Shown: piece after piece, positions 46,694-56,270 of the stretch | Position numbering within the stretch: position 1 is the first letter of the stretch | How the letters are laid out: each line of letters begins with the position of its first letter | Assembly: GCA_035486275.1 (NCBI GenBank) | Contig: DATHNG010000217.1 | Location: 1-63,377, forward strand | Reading direction: 5' to 3' | Source: Bacteroidia bacterium | GTDB taxonomy: Bacteria > Bacteroidota > Bacteroidia > JABEUT01 | DNA length: 63,377 bases | Program-made: the position numbers and the translations under genes | The notes under the pieces: model-generated | What the model saw: the letters and a program-made list of their open reading frames with translations, nothing else | What the model was told of the DNA's origin: nothing | Databases searched by the model: none

Positions 46694-48150
46694 TGAACGA
46701 ACAGGAAAAATTTGACGACGTATTGCGCTCTAAACTGGAAGGGCGTGATTTTCCTTTCGATGAAACGAACTGGGACAAAGCGGAGGCATTAATAGAACGC
46801 ACTGAGAAAAGGAAAAGATTCGCATTGATAGGGGCAATTTTTATGGCCGGTATCGGCGTGGGTATTGTGCTTATGTTGCCGTTTATAAACAACAATAAAA
46901 CACCAAATACCCTTAATAATATATCATTTAAGCAGAATAATATTAATACAGAACAAAATAAAAGTACACCGCAAGCTGCGAATAGTGCTATAAATTCAAG
47001 ACCTGCAACAGAGCAGCATGTAACTGATAATACACAAGAGAATGCTGTGACAAATCCTCAAACTGCAGCATCAACAAATAGCACAGATGTAAGTGTAGTA
47101 AAGAAGGCATCGCATACTAAAAAATCCGGTTCAGATGTTCAAACACAGTACAGTTATGTAAGGCCTTCAGTGCATAAGAAAGATCACAAGCAGGTTAAAG
47201 CTGTTTACAACCCTAATAATAATACATGGGTTCAAAATAAGGCTTATAAGGGCTCATTAAATATTGCTGATTCTACTCAACAACTTACGGATGGGAAAGG
47301 TAATAGCTCTTTAGCTGCAACAACTGGAAACAACTTGCCTGATAAAAACACAACTGATGTTCAGGCTAAATCTATTGAGAATAATTATGCTGCTGCTAAT
47401 AATCTTACTCAGCAACCCGACAGTACTAATAACAAGAATGCTACTTCAGCTAATGATTCCACTGCTCAAAAAAGAGATTCTTCCACCAATACCACTCAAC
47501 CTATTGCACAACAACCATCGCATACTTCAAAAAAATATTCACATACACTGCTTAGTGCAGATGCAGGCGGTGCGTATTCATTAGGGTGGAAGAAAGAAAC
47601 CGGTACACAGGGGAATGGGCTAAGTCCAATTTTGGGTATTAGTGTTACACACTATTTCAGCACCAAAATATCTGCTCTTGTTGGATTACAATACACCAGC
47701 CTTGGTAATATGAATACACTTTATTCAAACAGCACTACAACATACGATTTTGGATCATCCACTAATGTAAATTCAGTAACTGTTAAAACACTATACTACC
47801 TTTCATTACCAATTAAACTACAATATAACTTCTCTGACAGGAATATAATAAGTGCGGGAATTGATGTGCTTTACCTAGTGAACACAAGCAGTTCGGTTGT
47901 ATCGTACGATCAAAACTATTTTGGTGTATCGGGTAATACAACATCAACTAAAATGGGTTATATGGACGGCATTAATAATATGGATGCACAATTAACCCTG
48001 GCGTATAAAAGAAAAATAAATCGTTTCGCATTATCTGTTGAGGGCTATTATGGCCTGCTTGATATTGAAAGCAACACGTTTTTTGGAAATAATGTATTTG
48101 AAAGAAATAGTGGCTTACGATTAATACTTTCATACGATATAATAAAATAG
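46693..48150 (+). CDS. putative anti-sigma factor fused to a PorT-like outer-membrane beta-barrel domain
   Basis: Its start overlaps the sigma stop (TAATG). The N-terminal ~45 aa are followed by the TM helix FALIGAIFMAGIGVGIVLMLPFI. Next comes ~220 aa of N/T/Q/S-rich low complexity. The C-terminal ~200 aa have an alternating beta pattern ending LRLILSYDIIK. Confidence 0.6.
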   Translation: MNEQEKFDDVLRSKLEGRDFPFDETNWDKAEALIERTEKRKRFALIGAIFMAGIGVGIVLMLPFINNNKTPNTLNNISFKQNNINTEQNKSTPQAANSAINSRPATEQHVTDNTQENAVTNPQTAASTNSTDVSVVKKASHTKKSGSDVQTQYSYVRPSVHKKDHKQVKAVYNPNNNTWVQNKAYKGSLNIADSTQQLTDGKGNSSLAATTGNNLPDKNTTDVQAKSIENNYAAANNLTQQPDSTNNKNATSANDSTAQKRDSSTNTTQPIAQQPSHTSKKYSHTLLSADAGGAYSLGWKKETGTQGNGLSPILGISVTHYFSTKISALVGLQYTSLGNMNTLYSNSTTTYDFGSSTNVNSVTVKTLYYLSLPIKLQYNFSDRNIISAGIDVLYLVNTSSSVVSYDQNYFGVSGNTTSTKMGYMDGINNMDAQLTLAYKRKINRFALSVEGYYGLLDIESNTFFGNNVFERNSGLRLILSYDIIK

Positions 48151-48152
48151 AG

Positions 48153-49340
48153 ATGAAAAGCCTTAAAACATATTTGATCAGTGTATTGGCCGGCTTGTTT
48201 ATGATAAGCTGCCAAAAAGAGCACATAACAACTGCCAATACAACCGTTGGAAGTCCTGTATTTTATTTTAATGGAACGGTTGGTGGCAATAATGTTAAGC
48301 TGCAAGCCGGTAAAAGCAATTACTATATGTATTCATCATATACACAAGACAATAATAAAGTATATAACTACATAGCTAATCTTAAAGAGTTTAATTGCAA
48401 TAGCAACTGCGTATCAAGCATTCAGTTTATTATTAATGATTTCAGGGCACTACCGGCAGGCAGTTCTGAGAAAAATATTAGTGATAGTTCCCTGACACCC
48501 GGTTATTACGGTTATTCTTCTCTTTCAATTACGCCTACAAAATTTGGTGTGGGATTTAATTCCTCAATTGGCCAGGGAAGCAACCCTGTGAGTTATACTT
48601 ATAATTTTGGAGATGGGGTTACACAAAGTAATACTGGGGCACCACCCGCATCTTTTAATCATACATATTATAACCAGGGTAATTACAACACAAGCCTTTC
48701 GGTAACGTTTCCCGGTAATCATATAACAAGCTTATCTGACAGCTTAAATCTGGGAACTCCAACCAAGGCCATTACAGCTACACTTTCATATACTGATTCA
48801 GCGACTGTTACCTACAAAGTAGTTATTAATGGTGGTACCAAACCATACAATATTGTGTGGAGTTTTGGTGATACCAGCGGAACTCCGAATACTTCTACCC
48901 ATCCAAGTGTTAATTCAACAACCGATACAGCTAGGCATATATATATAAGTAAAGGAATACATACAGCATCAGTAACCATAAAGGACTCGCACAATATTTC
49001 CGTTACTGCAAATACATATATAGTACCACTTGGTGGTAATAATTCATTTGCCATGAATTATTCCATTTCAGCGCCTGTGCCAATAACTGATTCTTTAGGT
49101 CTTTCGAATGTCACAATAATTTACACTGATCCTTCAGGCGATGTTTACACTACAGCAGATTCTACCCAAAAGGGAGGAAATTTCTTCCAGGTTGTTTCTG
49201 TTGCACCATATAATAACAACGAGAACAATGAAACAACTAAACAATTGCACGTAAAATTCAACTGTACACTATATGACAATACAGGAAAATCTTTAACTAT
49301 TACAAATGGAGATGCAGTTATTGCTGTGGCATATAAATAA
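48153..49340 (+). CDS. PKD-domain lipoprotein
   Basis: The lipobox is GLFMISC. PKD-type motifs are YTYNFGDGVTQ...HTYYNQGNYNTSLSV and WSFGDTSG...HIYISKGIHTASVTI. A 2-nt gap separates it from the preceding gene. Confidence 0.75.
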   Translation: MKSLKTYLISVLAGLFMISCQKEHITTANTTVGSPVFYFNGTVGGNNVKLQAGKSNYYMYSSYTQDNNKVYNYIANLKEFNCNSNCVSSIQFIINDFRALPAGSSEKNISDSSLTPGYYGYSSLSITPTKFGVGFNSSIGQGSNPVSYTYNFGDGVTQSNTGAPPASFNHTYYNQGNYNTSLSVTFPGNHITSLSDSLNLGTPTKAITATLSYTDSATVTYKVVINGGTKPYNIVWSFGDTSGTPNTSTHPSVNSTTDTARHIYISKGIHTASVTIKDSHNISVTANTYIVPLGGNNSFAMNYSISAPVPITDSLGLSNVTIIYTDPSGDVYTTADSTQKGGNFFQVVSVAPYNNNENNETTKQLHVKFNCTLYDNTGKSLTITNGDAVIAVAYK

Positions 49341-49441
49341 TCATATATTTTTAACCAGACACCCAACCCAACATATAAAACCTGCGTATTTGTGTATAAA
49401 GGCTAAAACTGAAATAAAACAACTTATATAAAACAACCAAC

Positions 49442-51250
49442 ATGAAAACAATGACAAGAACAAAAACTAAAAAAAACTGGATAGCCATATTGCTGTTAGC
49501 AATGGGAATGTTCAGTACAAATGCTCTCTGGGCATTTACGTCCAGCCTTACATCTTCAACAGGATGCGGTATTAGTGCAAGCTTTACTGTAAGTTATGGA
49601 CTTAACGGGCGTGTAAACTTCACCAGTACCTCTACCGGTGTAACCGGGTGGGCAAGTTATACCTGGAACCCGGGAGATGGCAGTAGTGTACCAACCAATA
49701 CCGGTTTCAATACATACGAGCATACTTACCTGGCTAATGGAACTTATACAGTCACTCTTATTGTAGATCAGGATAGTGCAACCTGTAATTCTAGTGATAC
49801 TATGAGTATTACAGTTACTGATGTAACTGTGCCTTGTATGCTAAGCGCTAATTATACCTACACAGTAAATGCTGCAGGGCAAGTAAATTTTGCAAGCACA
49901 TCAGCAAATACCAATGGCGGCACCCAATATTATTGGAATACCGGCGATGGCAGTGGAGATTTTGCCGGCACAAACACACTTTCTCATACATATGCAGTTC
50001 AAGGCAATTATCCTGTATGGCTGATAATAAAAGATACCGGTTCAGCATACTGTATCGACTCAATAGCTCAATATGTAAATGTAAACACGGCTGACAGTAA
50101 TCGTTGTGGTTTACATGCCAGCTTTACTTACACAAATGGAGTAAATGGTCATGTATCTTTCAGCAGCCCTACATATTTGTATGATAGTGCTCACAGTAGT
50201 TATCAGTATAGTTGGACGGCTGGTGATGGCAGTGCAACATATTCTTCTTACGATTCAGTTTTTAACCACATATACACAACCAATGGAACCTATACGGTCT
50301 CATTAGTGGTTACCACCTTATATCCATATGATTGTAAAGATTCAGCATCTACTACAATAGTTATATCTAATGTAACAACACCTTGTACTTTATCAGCAGG
50401 TTTTAACGTAACAAATGAAGCAACTACAGGTGTGGTTAATGTTGTAAGTACCTCTACCGGAACTATATCAGGCACTCAATATTATTGGAATCCCGGAGAT
50501 GGTTCTGCTGCTGTACTTGAATCTTCAGGTAACTTTAATTATACCTATACTGCCAATGGAACTTATAACGGAACCTTGATCATAGAAAACACAGGGTCAG
50601 CCTTTTGTATCGATTCTATTACATGGCCGGTTAGCATAGCTAATGTAGACTCATTACATGCAAGCTTTACAACTGTCTCTAATTATGATACCATTGGTTA
50701 TTACAACTATCGATTCACGAGCACTTCTACAGGCACAAACAATAATACGGTATATGCCTGGGAGCCTGGAGACTCTACAGCAGGAGATACAGGCGTTAAT
50801 ATGACAACATACAATCACACCTACAAATACTCTGGTGCACATACAGTTACATTATCACTGTGGTTTGATAAGTATCCTGCTATGCCAGGGCATAGAGCAC
50901 AAGGTTTTGGTGGCACAATGTATGATTTCACAACATATAGCGAAACGGTGTATGTTGGCAGCCCGCAAAGCATAGCAACTATTTCAGCATCAAATTCTGA
51001 AACTACAGTATATCCTAATCCTAATAACGGATCGTTCAGGATTGTAGTTAACGGAGTAGCTGATAACAAAAATGCTGAAGTGGAAATAACCAACATTCTT
51101 GGCGAAGTGGTTTATCAAACAACTGCAAATGCAAGCAACGGAACTATAACAAAAGACATAAGTCTTCCGGGCGTTTCAAATGGCACCTATTTTGTTAGAG
51201 TTATAACTTCCGGTAACGTTTACAATAGCAAGACTGTGATTAATAAGTAA
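49442..51250 (+). CDS. five-PKD-domain protein with T9SS type A C-terminal sorting domain
   Basis: Five modules follow the pattern F[TS]...W[NT]xGDGS...H[TI]Y..NGTYTV[TS]L[IV]V. The tail is VYPNPNNGSFRIVV...VEITNILGEVVYQ...GTYFVRVITSG...KTVINK. Confidence 0.85.
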   Translation: MKTMTRTKTKKNWIAILLLAMGMFSTNALWAFTSSLTSSTGCGISASFTVSYGLNGRVNFTSTSTGVTGWASYTWNPGDGSSVPTNTGFNTYEHTYLANGTYTVTLIVDQDSATCNSSDTMSITVTDVTVPCMLSANYTYTVNAAGQVNFASTSANTNGGTQYYWNTGDGSGDFAGTNTLSHTYAVQGNYPVWLIIKDTGSAYCIDSIAQYVNVNTADSNRCGLHASFTYTNGVNGHVSFSSPTYLYDSAHSSYQYSWTAGDGSATYSSYDSVFNHIYTTNGTYTVSLVVTTLYPYDCKDSASTTIVISNVTTPCTLSAGFNVTNEATTGVVNVVSTSTGTISGTQYYWNPGDGSAAVLESSGNFNYTYTANGTYNGTLIIENTGSAFCIDSITWPVSIANVDSLHASFTTVSNYDTIGYYNYRFTSTSTGTNNNTVYAWEPGDSTAGDTGVNMTTYNHTYKYSGAHTVTLSLWFDKYPAMPGHRAQGFGGTMYDFTTYSETVYVGSPQSIATISASNSETTVYPNPNNGSFRIVVNGVADNKNAEVEITNILGEVVYQTTANASNGTITKDISLPGVSNGTYFVRVITSGNVYNSKTVINK

Positions 51251-51266
51251 TATAGGTTTTTCTTCT

Positions 51267-51302
51267 AAAAAAGCCCTGAAAGCTATCTTTCAGGGCTTTT
51301 TT
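51267..51302 (+). terminator. rho-independent terminator ending the ECF/PKD operon
   Basis: The sequence is aaaaaagccctgaaag-ctatc-tttcagggctttttt. Confidence 0.85.
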
Positions 51303-51372
51303 ATTGGTATTTAGTGGGTTATTTATAGAAATTGGAGCATTTATTGTACCTTTGCCATCCTTGTAAAAAACG

Positions 51373-52323
51373 ATGTTTCTATATAACAGGGTAAATAAGA
51401 AAGAACTACGTAAAAAAGTAGCAGCTGAAACCTTCAAAAGAGTTACACTCTCTTTTTATCGTTATGTATATATTGAAAATCCGACAAAACTGCGGGATGA
51501 GCTTTTTGCTTTCTGGCAGAATTTAAATGTACTCGGGCGTATATATGTTGCTAATGAAGGTATTAATGCACAATTAAGCGTGCCTGAGCATAACTTCAAA
51601 GCATTTATTGATTACCTGAATCAGCACTCTCTTTTTGTCAGCGTTCCTCTTAAATATGCTATCGAAGATGACAATAAATCTTTCTTTGCACTTATAATAA
51701 AGGTGAAAAAGAAGATCGTTGCTGATGGTTTGAAGGCAGGAGCGTTCGATACGGAAAATACCGGTCAAAGGCTTGATGCACTTACCTTTCATAAAATGGT
51801 AGATGAGCCGGGAACGGTTGTAGTAGATATGCGGAATAACTATGAAAGTGAAGTCGGCCGATTCTATAATGCCATTTGCCCCGATGTAAAAACATTCAGA
51901 GAAGAGTTACCTAAAGTATTGGATATACTGGAAGATAAAAAAGACAATAACATATTGCTTTATTGTACCGGTGGAATACGCTGCGAAAAAGCAAGCGCCT
52001 GGCTTAAACATAATGGATACGAAAAGGTGTTCCAGTTAGATGGAGGAATTATTCAATACGTGCACGAGATAAAAAAGTATGGACTTGACTCAAAATTTAT
52101 CGGAAAGAACTTTGTATTTGACGAACGCTTGTCAGAAAGGGTTACACCAGATGTTTTGAGTAAGTGTCATTGCTGCGGAGTTGTTACCGAAAGACAGATA
52201 AATTGTACACACCTGCCTTGCCATACCCTGCACATTCAATGTGAAAAATGTTCAGAGGAAAGGAAAGGTTGTTGCAGTGACAAATGCCTTGATGAATACA
52301 GCAAATTAGTTGCTGCCTGCTAA
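51373..52323 (+). CDS. trhO: rhodanese-related tRNA uridine(34) hydroxylase (UPF0176/YceA)
   Basis: The N-terminal domain reads LSFYRYV...GRIYVANEGINAQLSVP. The rhodanese loop is LYCTGGIRCEKA. The tail is Cys-rich. Confidence 0.85.
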   Translation: MFLYNRVNKKELRKKVAAETFKRVTLSFYRYVYIENPTKLRDELFAFWQNLNVLGRIYVANEGINAQLSVPEHNFKAFIDYLNQHSLFVSVPLKYAIEDDNKSFFALIIKVKKKIVADGLKAGAFDTENTGQRLDALTFHKMVDEPGTVVVDMRNNYESEVGRFYNAICPDVKTFREELPKVLDILEDKKDNNILLYCTGGIRCEKASAWLKHNGYEKVFQLDGGIIQYVHEIKKYGLDSKFIGKNFVFDERLSERVTPDVLSKCHCCGVVTERQINCTHLPCHTLHIQCEKCSEERKGCCSDKCLDEYSKLVAAC

Positions 52324-52332
52324 TTAAAATTG

Positions 52333-54039
52333 ATGGAAAAACGCTGGAATGTAAAGGAGCAAGCTCCTGAAGATAAAGTGCGTAAGCTAAGCGAAGCTAT
52401 ACGGGTAAACCCTGTTATTGCCAATTTGCTGGTACAACGTGGTGTGGAAACCTATGACCAAGCCAAAGATTTTTTCCGTCCGGACTTGAAAACATTACAT
52501 GATCCTTTCCAGATGAAGGACATGGACAAAGCCGTGAAGAGGATTACTGATGCTGCGTTAAATAGAGAAAAGATATTGGTGTTTGGAGATTATGATGTTG
52601 ACGGCACTACTTCAGTAGCCTTGGTATATACTTTCTTAAAATGGATTGGTTTGAATTGTGGTTTCTATATACCTGACCGTTATGTCGAAGGGTATGGTAT
52701 TTCATTCAAGGGAATTGACCACGCCGCCGAAAATGGCTATACGTTAATCATTGCACTCGACTGTGGCATTAAAGCACATGATAAGGTAAAATATGCCAAT
52801 GAGAAAAAAATAGACTTTATAATTTGTGACCACCACAAACCAGACAAAACCTTACCTGATGCAGTTGCTATACTTAACCCTAAGCGTAACGATTGTGAGT
52901 ATCCTTATAAAGAATTGGCGGGTTGCGGCATTGGTTTTAAACTGGTACAGGCCTTAGCTATCAATTATGAAATCCCATTTGATATGCTAGAGCAATACCT
53001 TGATCTGGTAGGGCTTAGCGTAGCATCAGATATTGTACCAATAACGGGCGAGAACAGAACACTTACTTTTCACGGACTGAAAAGAATTAACAGGGAACCT
53101 CGTGCAGGATTTAAAGCTATTATGAACCTTGTGCAGTTACGTAAAGAAGTTACTGTGAACGATCTTGTTTTTGTATTCGGACCCAGAATTAATTCAGCGG
53201 GGAGAATTGAATCGGGTAATAGCGCTGTTGAACTATTGATAGCCGATAATCCTGAACAGGCAAAAATTTCCGGCGATTCTATAAACAAAACGAATTTTGA
53301 GCGAAGGGATGTAGATGCTATGATAACCCAGGAAGCGGTAGCTATGATTCAGGATGACGACTCCCTGAAAAAGAAGAAGACTACCGTTTTGTATAATCCT
53401 GAATGGCACAAAGGAGTGATTGGTATTGTTGCATCACGCTTAATTGAAAAGCACTACTATCGCCCTACTATAGTTTTAACCCGTTCAAACGGAAAAGTAA
53501 CTGGCTCAGCACGTTCAGTGCGGGAGTTTGATCTGTATGAAGCCATCGATGCATGTTCGCATTTACTGGAACAATTTGGCGGGCATAAATATGCTGCAGG
53601 CCTGACAATGAGTGAAGAAAAACTACCTGCTTTTATTGATCTGTTTGAGAAAGTTGTTTCAGAATCTATCACGGCTGAACAACTTCGTCCTATGATAGAA
53701 ATTGATGCTCCGCTTTCATTTTCTGCTATTACCGAGAGCATGTACAATATTCTGAAGCAATTAGCGCCTTTCGGGCCAGGAAATATGACACCAGTGTTTT
53801 ATTCCGATAATGTAATTGCACTGCGAGAGCCACAGGTAGTAGGAGCTAATCATTTACGCCTATCGCTTGCGCAAATCGATAATCCTTCCATTTCATTTAA
53901 CGCTATTGGTTTCGATATGGGAGAATATGCGAAGAAGATACATGCCGATAAACCATTTAAGATAAGCTACAGCCTGAGGGAAAACGAATGGAATAACATA
54001 AAAAACATTGAGCTCAATTTAAAAGATATTAAGCCTTAG
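52333..54039 (+). CDS. recJ: single-stranded-DNA-specific exonuclease RecJ
   Basis: It has the DHH motifs VFGDYDVDGTTS and ICDHH, plus a DHHA1 GGHKYAAG motif. The track start at 52330 is TTG and the first ATG is at 52333. Confidence 0.93.
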   Translation: MEKRWNVKEQAPEDKVRKLSEAIRVNPVIANLLVQRGVETYDQAKDFFRPDLKTLHDPFQMKDMDKAVKRITDAALNREKILVFGDYDVDGTTSVALVYTFLKWIGLNCGFYIPDRYVEGYGISFKGIDHAAENGYTLIIALDCGIKAHDKVKYANEKKIDFIICDHHKPDKTLPDAVAILNPKRNDCEYPYKELAGCGIGFKLVQALAINYEIPFDMLEQYLDLVGLSVASDIVPITGENRTLTFHGLKRINREPRAGFKAIMNLVQLRKEVTVNDLVFVFGPRINSAGRIESGNSAVELLIADNPEQAKISGDSINKTNFERRDVDAMITQEAVAMIQDDDSLKKKKTTVLYNPEWHKGVIGIVASRLIEKHYYRPTIVLTRSNGKVTGSARSVREFDLYEAIDACSHLLEQFGGHKYAAGLTMSEEKLPAFIDLFEKVVSESITAEQLRPMIEIDAPLSFSAITESMYNILKQLAPFGPGNMTPVFYSDNVIALREPQVVGANHLRLSLAQIDNPSISFNAIGFDMGEYAKKIHADKPFKISYSLRENEWNNIKNIELNLKDIKP

Positions 54040-54076
54040 GTTTACTATTCATTATCTTTGCACACTTAGTTAATAT

Positions 54077-54979
54077 ATGCACGCAAATACACGCCATCTG
54101 GAAGAGCTTGAATCGGAAGCAATTTACGTATTACGTGAAGTAGCTGCCCAGTTTGAGAAAACTGCTTTGCTATTTTCAGGTGGAAAGGATTCAATAGTTG
54201 TGAGCTACCTTGCGCGTAAAGCATTCTGGCCGGCAAAAATGCCATTTGCATTAATGCATATTGATACAGGCCATAATTTTGAAGAAACAATCACCTACCG
54301 TGATGAATGGGTTAAAAAGATCGATGCCAGGCTTATTGTTCGATATGTGCAGGACTCAATTGACAAAGGAAGAGTAAAGGAAGAAACAGGCTATAATGCA
54401 AGCCGCAACCTTTTGCAAACAGTAACATTACTCGATGCAATTGAAGAGTTAAAGCTTGATGCCTGCATTGGTGGCGCACGCCGCGATGAAGAGAAAGCAA
54501 GAGCTAAAGAGAGATTTTTTTCACACCGCGATGAATTCGGGCAATGGAACCCCAAGAACCAAAGACCCGAGCTATGGGATCTTTTCAACGGAAAGAAAAA
54601 TATGGGCGAACATTTCAGAGTATTCCCGTTAAGTAACTGGACCGAACTTGATGTTTGGCAGTATATTAAAGATGAGAATATTCCTATCCCTTCTATATAC
54701 TATACGCATGAAAGGGAATGCTTAAGCAGAGATGGGCAATTGCTCGCCAAGTCTCCATTCATAAAATTGAAAGAGAACGAAAAATACGAAAAGCAAATAG
54801 TTCGTTTCCGTACTATAGGGGATATGACTTGTACGGGTGCAGTACTATCAAAGGCAGCAACCATTGATGAGGTGATTGAAGAAGTTGCGGCATCTAGGGT
54901 TACGGAAAGGGGAACAAGATCTGATGACAAACGTTCGGAAGCAGCTATGGAAGACCGCAAAAAAGCAGGTTATTTTTGA
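54077..54979 (+). CDS. cysD: sulfate adenylyltransferase subunit 2
   Basis: It has the PAPS-reductase-fold motif LLFSGGKDSIV and IGGARRDEEKARAKERFFS. Confidence 0.95.
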   Translation: MHANTRHLEELESEAIYVLREVAAQFEKTALLFSGGKDSIVVSYLARKAFWPAKMPFALMHIDTGHNFEETITYRDEWVKKIDARLIVRYVQDSIDKGRVKEETGYNASRNLLQTVTLLDAIEELKLDACIGGARRDEEKARAKERFFSHRDEFGQWNPKNQRPELWDLFNGKKNMGEHFRVFPLSNWTELDVWQYIKDENIPIPSIYYTHERECLSRDGQLLAKSPFIKLKENEKYEKQIVRFRTIGDMTCTGAVLSKAATIDEVIEEVAASRVTERGTRSDDKRSEAAMEDRKKAGYF

Positions 54980-54985
54980 TACACT

Positions 54986-56269
54986 ATGACTGACTCTACC
55001 AAGCATACTATACTAGAGAACCCTACACGGGGATTGTTGCGTTTCTTTACTGCAGGCAGCGTAGATGATGGCAAGAGTACCTTGATCGGTCGCTTATTGT
55101 ATGACACCAAATCTATTTTTGAAGATCAATACGAAGCAATTAAGAATACCAGTGAGCTGAGAGGCGAAGAGAATGTTAACCTTGCCCTGCTTACTGATGG
55201 CCTTCGTGCAGAGAGAGAACAAGGCATTACTATTGATGTAGCATACCGCTACTTCTCTACCCCACGCAGGAAATTCATTATAGCAGATACACCCGGCCAT
55301 ATTCAGTATACACGGAACATGATCACAGGCTCATCAACCGCCAACCTGGCTATAATAATGGTTGACGCACGCCATGGCATTATAGAACAAACCTGCAGGC
55401 ATACATTAATTACATCTCTTATTGGTATTCGACATATTATAGTGTGCATAAACAAAATGGACCTTGTTGACTATAAAGAAGAGGTTTTTGAAAAGATACG
55501 CGCTGATTTTGAAAAGTTCTCTTCAAAGCTTGAAGTTGTGGACGTACAATTCATACCTATTTCCGCTTTAAATGGAGACAACCTGGTTGAGAAATCAAAA
55601 CACATGCCTTGGTATGGTGGTAGCACATTACTATATCAATTGGAGAACATACATGTTGCAAGTGATGAGAATTTAATTGATTGCCGCTTTCCTGTTCAGT
55701 ATGTTATTCGTCCGCAGACAGATGAATACCATGATTACAGAGGATATGCAGGTAAAGTAGCAGGTGGTATATTCAAGAAAGGTGATTCAGTTGTTGTACT
55801 ACCTTCAGGCTTATCATCAAAGATAAAAGCGATCAATACATTCGATGGAGAGCTTGATGAGGCTACTCCGGGTATGTCGGTAACCATATTACTGGAAGAC
55901 AATATTGACATCAGCCGTGGTGATATGCTAGTACGTGAGCATAACAAACCAAAGACGGAACAGGATATTGAATTAATGGTTTGCTGGTTGAATGAAAAGA
56001 AATTGACTGTTGGTGCTAAGTATGCTATTAAACATACTACACAGGATGCAAGGTGTGTTGTAAAAGAAGTTCTGTATAAAGTAAACATCAACACATTGCA
56101 CCGCATTGAAGATGATAAGGAAATTAAGTTAAATGATATCGGCAGGATCACCATACGTACTACAAAGTCTTTATATTTTGATTCATATCGTAAGAACCGC
56201 CACACTGGCAGTTTAATATTGATTGATGAAGCCACCAACGAAACTGTTGGAGCGGGAATGATACTTTAA
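54986..56269 (+). CDS. cysN: sulfate adenylyltransferase subunit 1 (GTPase), no APS-kinase fusion
   Basis: It has the G motifs GSVDDGKSTLIGRLL, DTPGHIQYTRNM and NKMD. At 427 aa it has no C-terminal CysC domain. Confidence 0.93.
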   Translation: MTDSTKHTILENPTRGLLRFFTAGSVDDGKSTLIGRLLYDTKSIFEDQYEAIKNTSELRGEENVNLALLTDGLRAEREQGITIDVAYRYFSTPRRKFIIADTPGHIQYTRNMITGSSTANLAIIMVDARHGIIEQTCRHTLITSLIGIRHIIVCINKMDLVDYKEEVFEKIRADFEKFSSKLEVVDVQFIPISALNGDNLVEKSKHMPWYGGSTLLYQLENIHVASDENLIDCRFPVQYVIRPQTDEYHDYRGYAGKVAGGIFKKGDSVVVLPSGLSSKIKAINTFDGELDEATPGMSVTILLEDNIDISRGDMLVREHNKPKTEQDIELMVCWLNEKKLTVGAKYAIKHTTQDARCVVKEVLYKVNINTLHRIEDDKEIKLNDIGRITIRTTKSLYFDSYRKNRHTGSLILIDEATNETVGAGMIL

Positions 56270-56270
56270 T

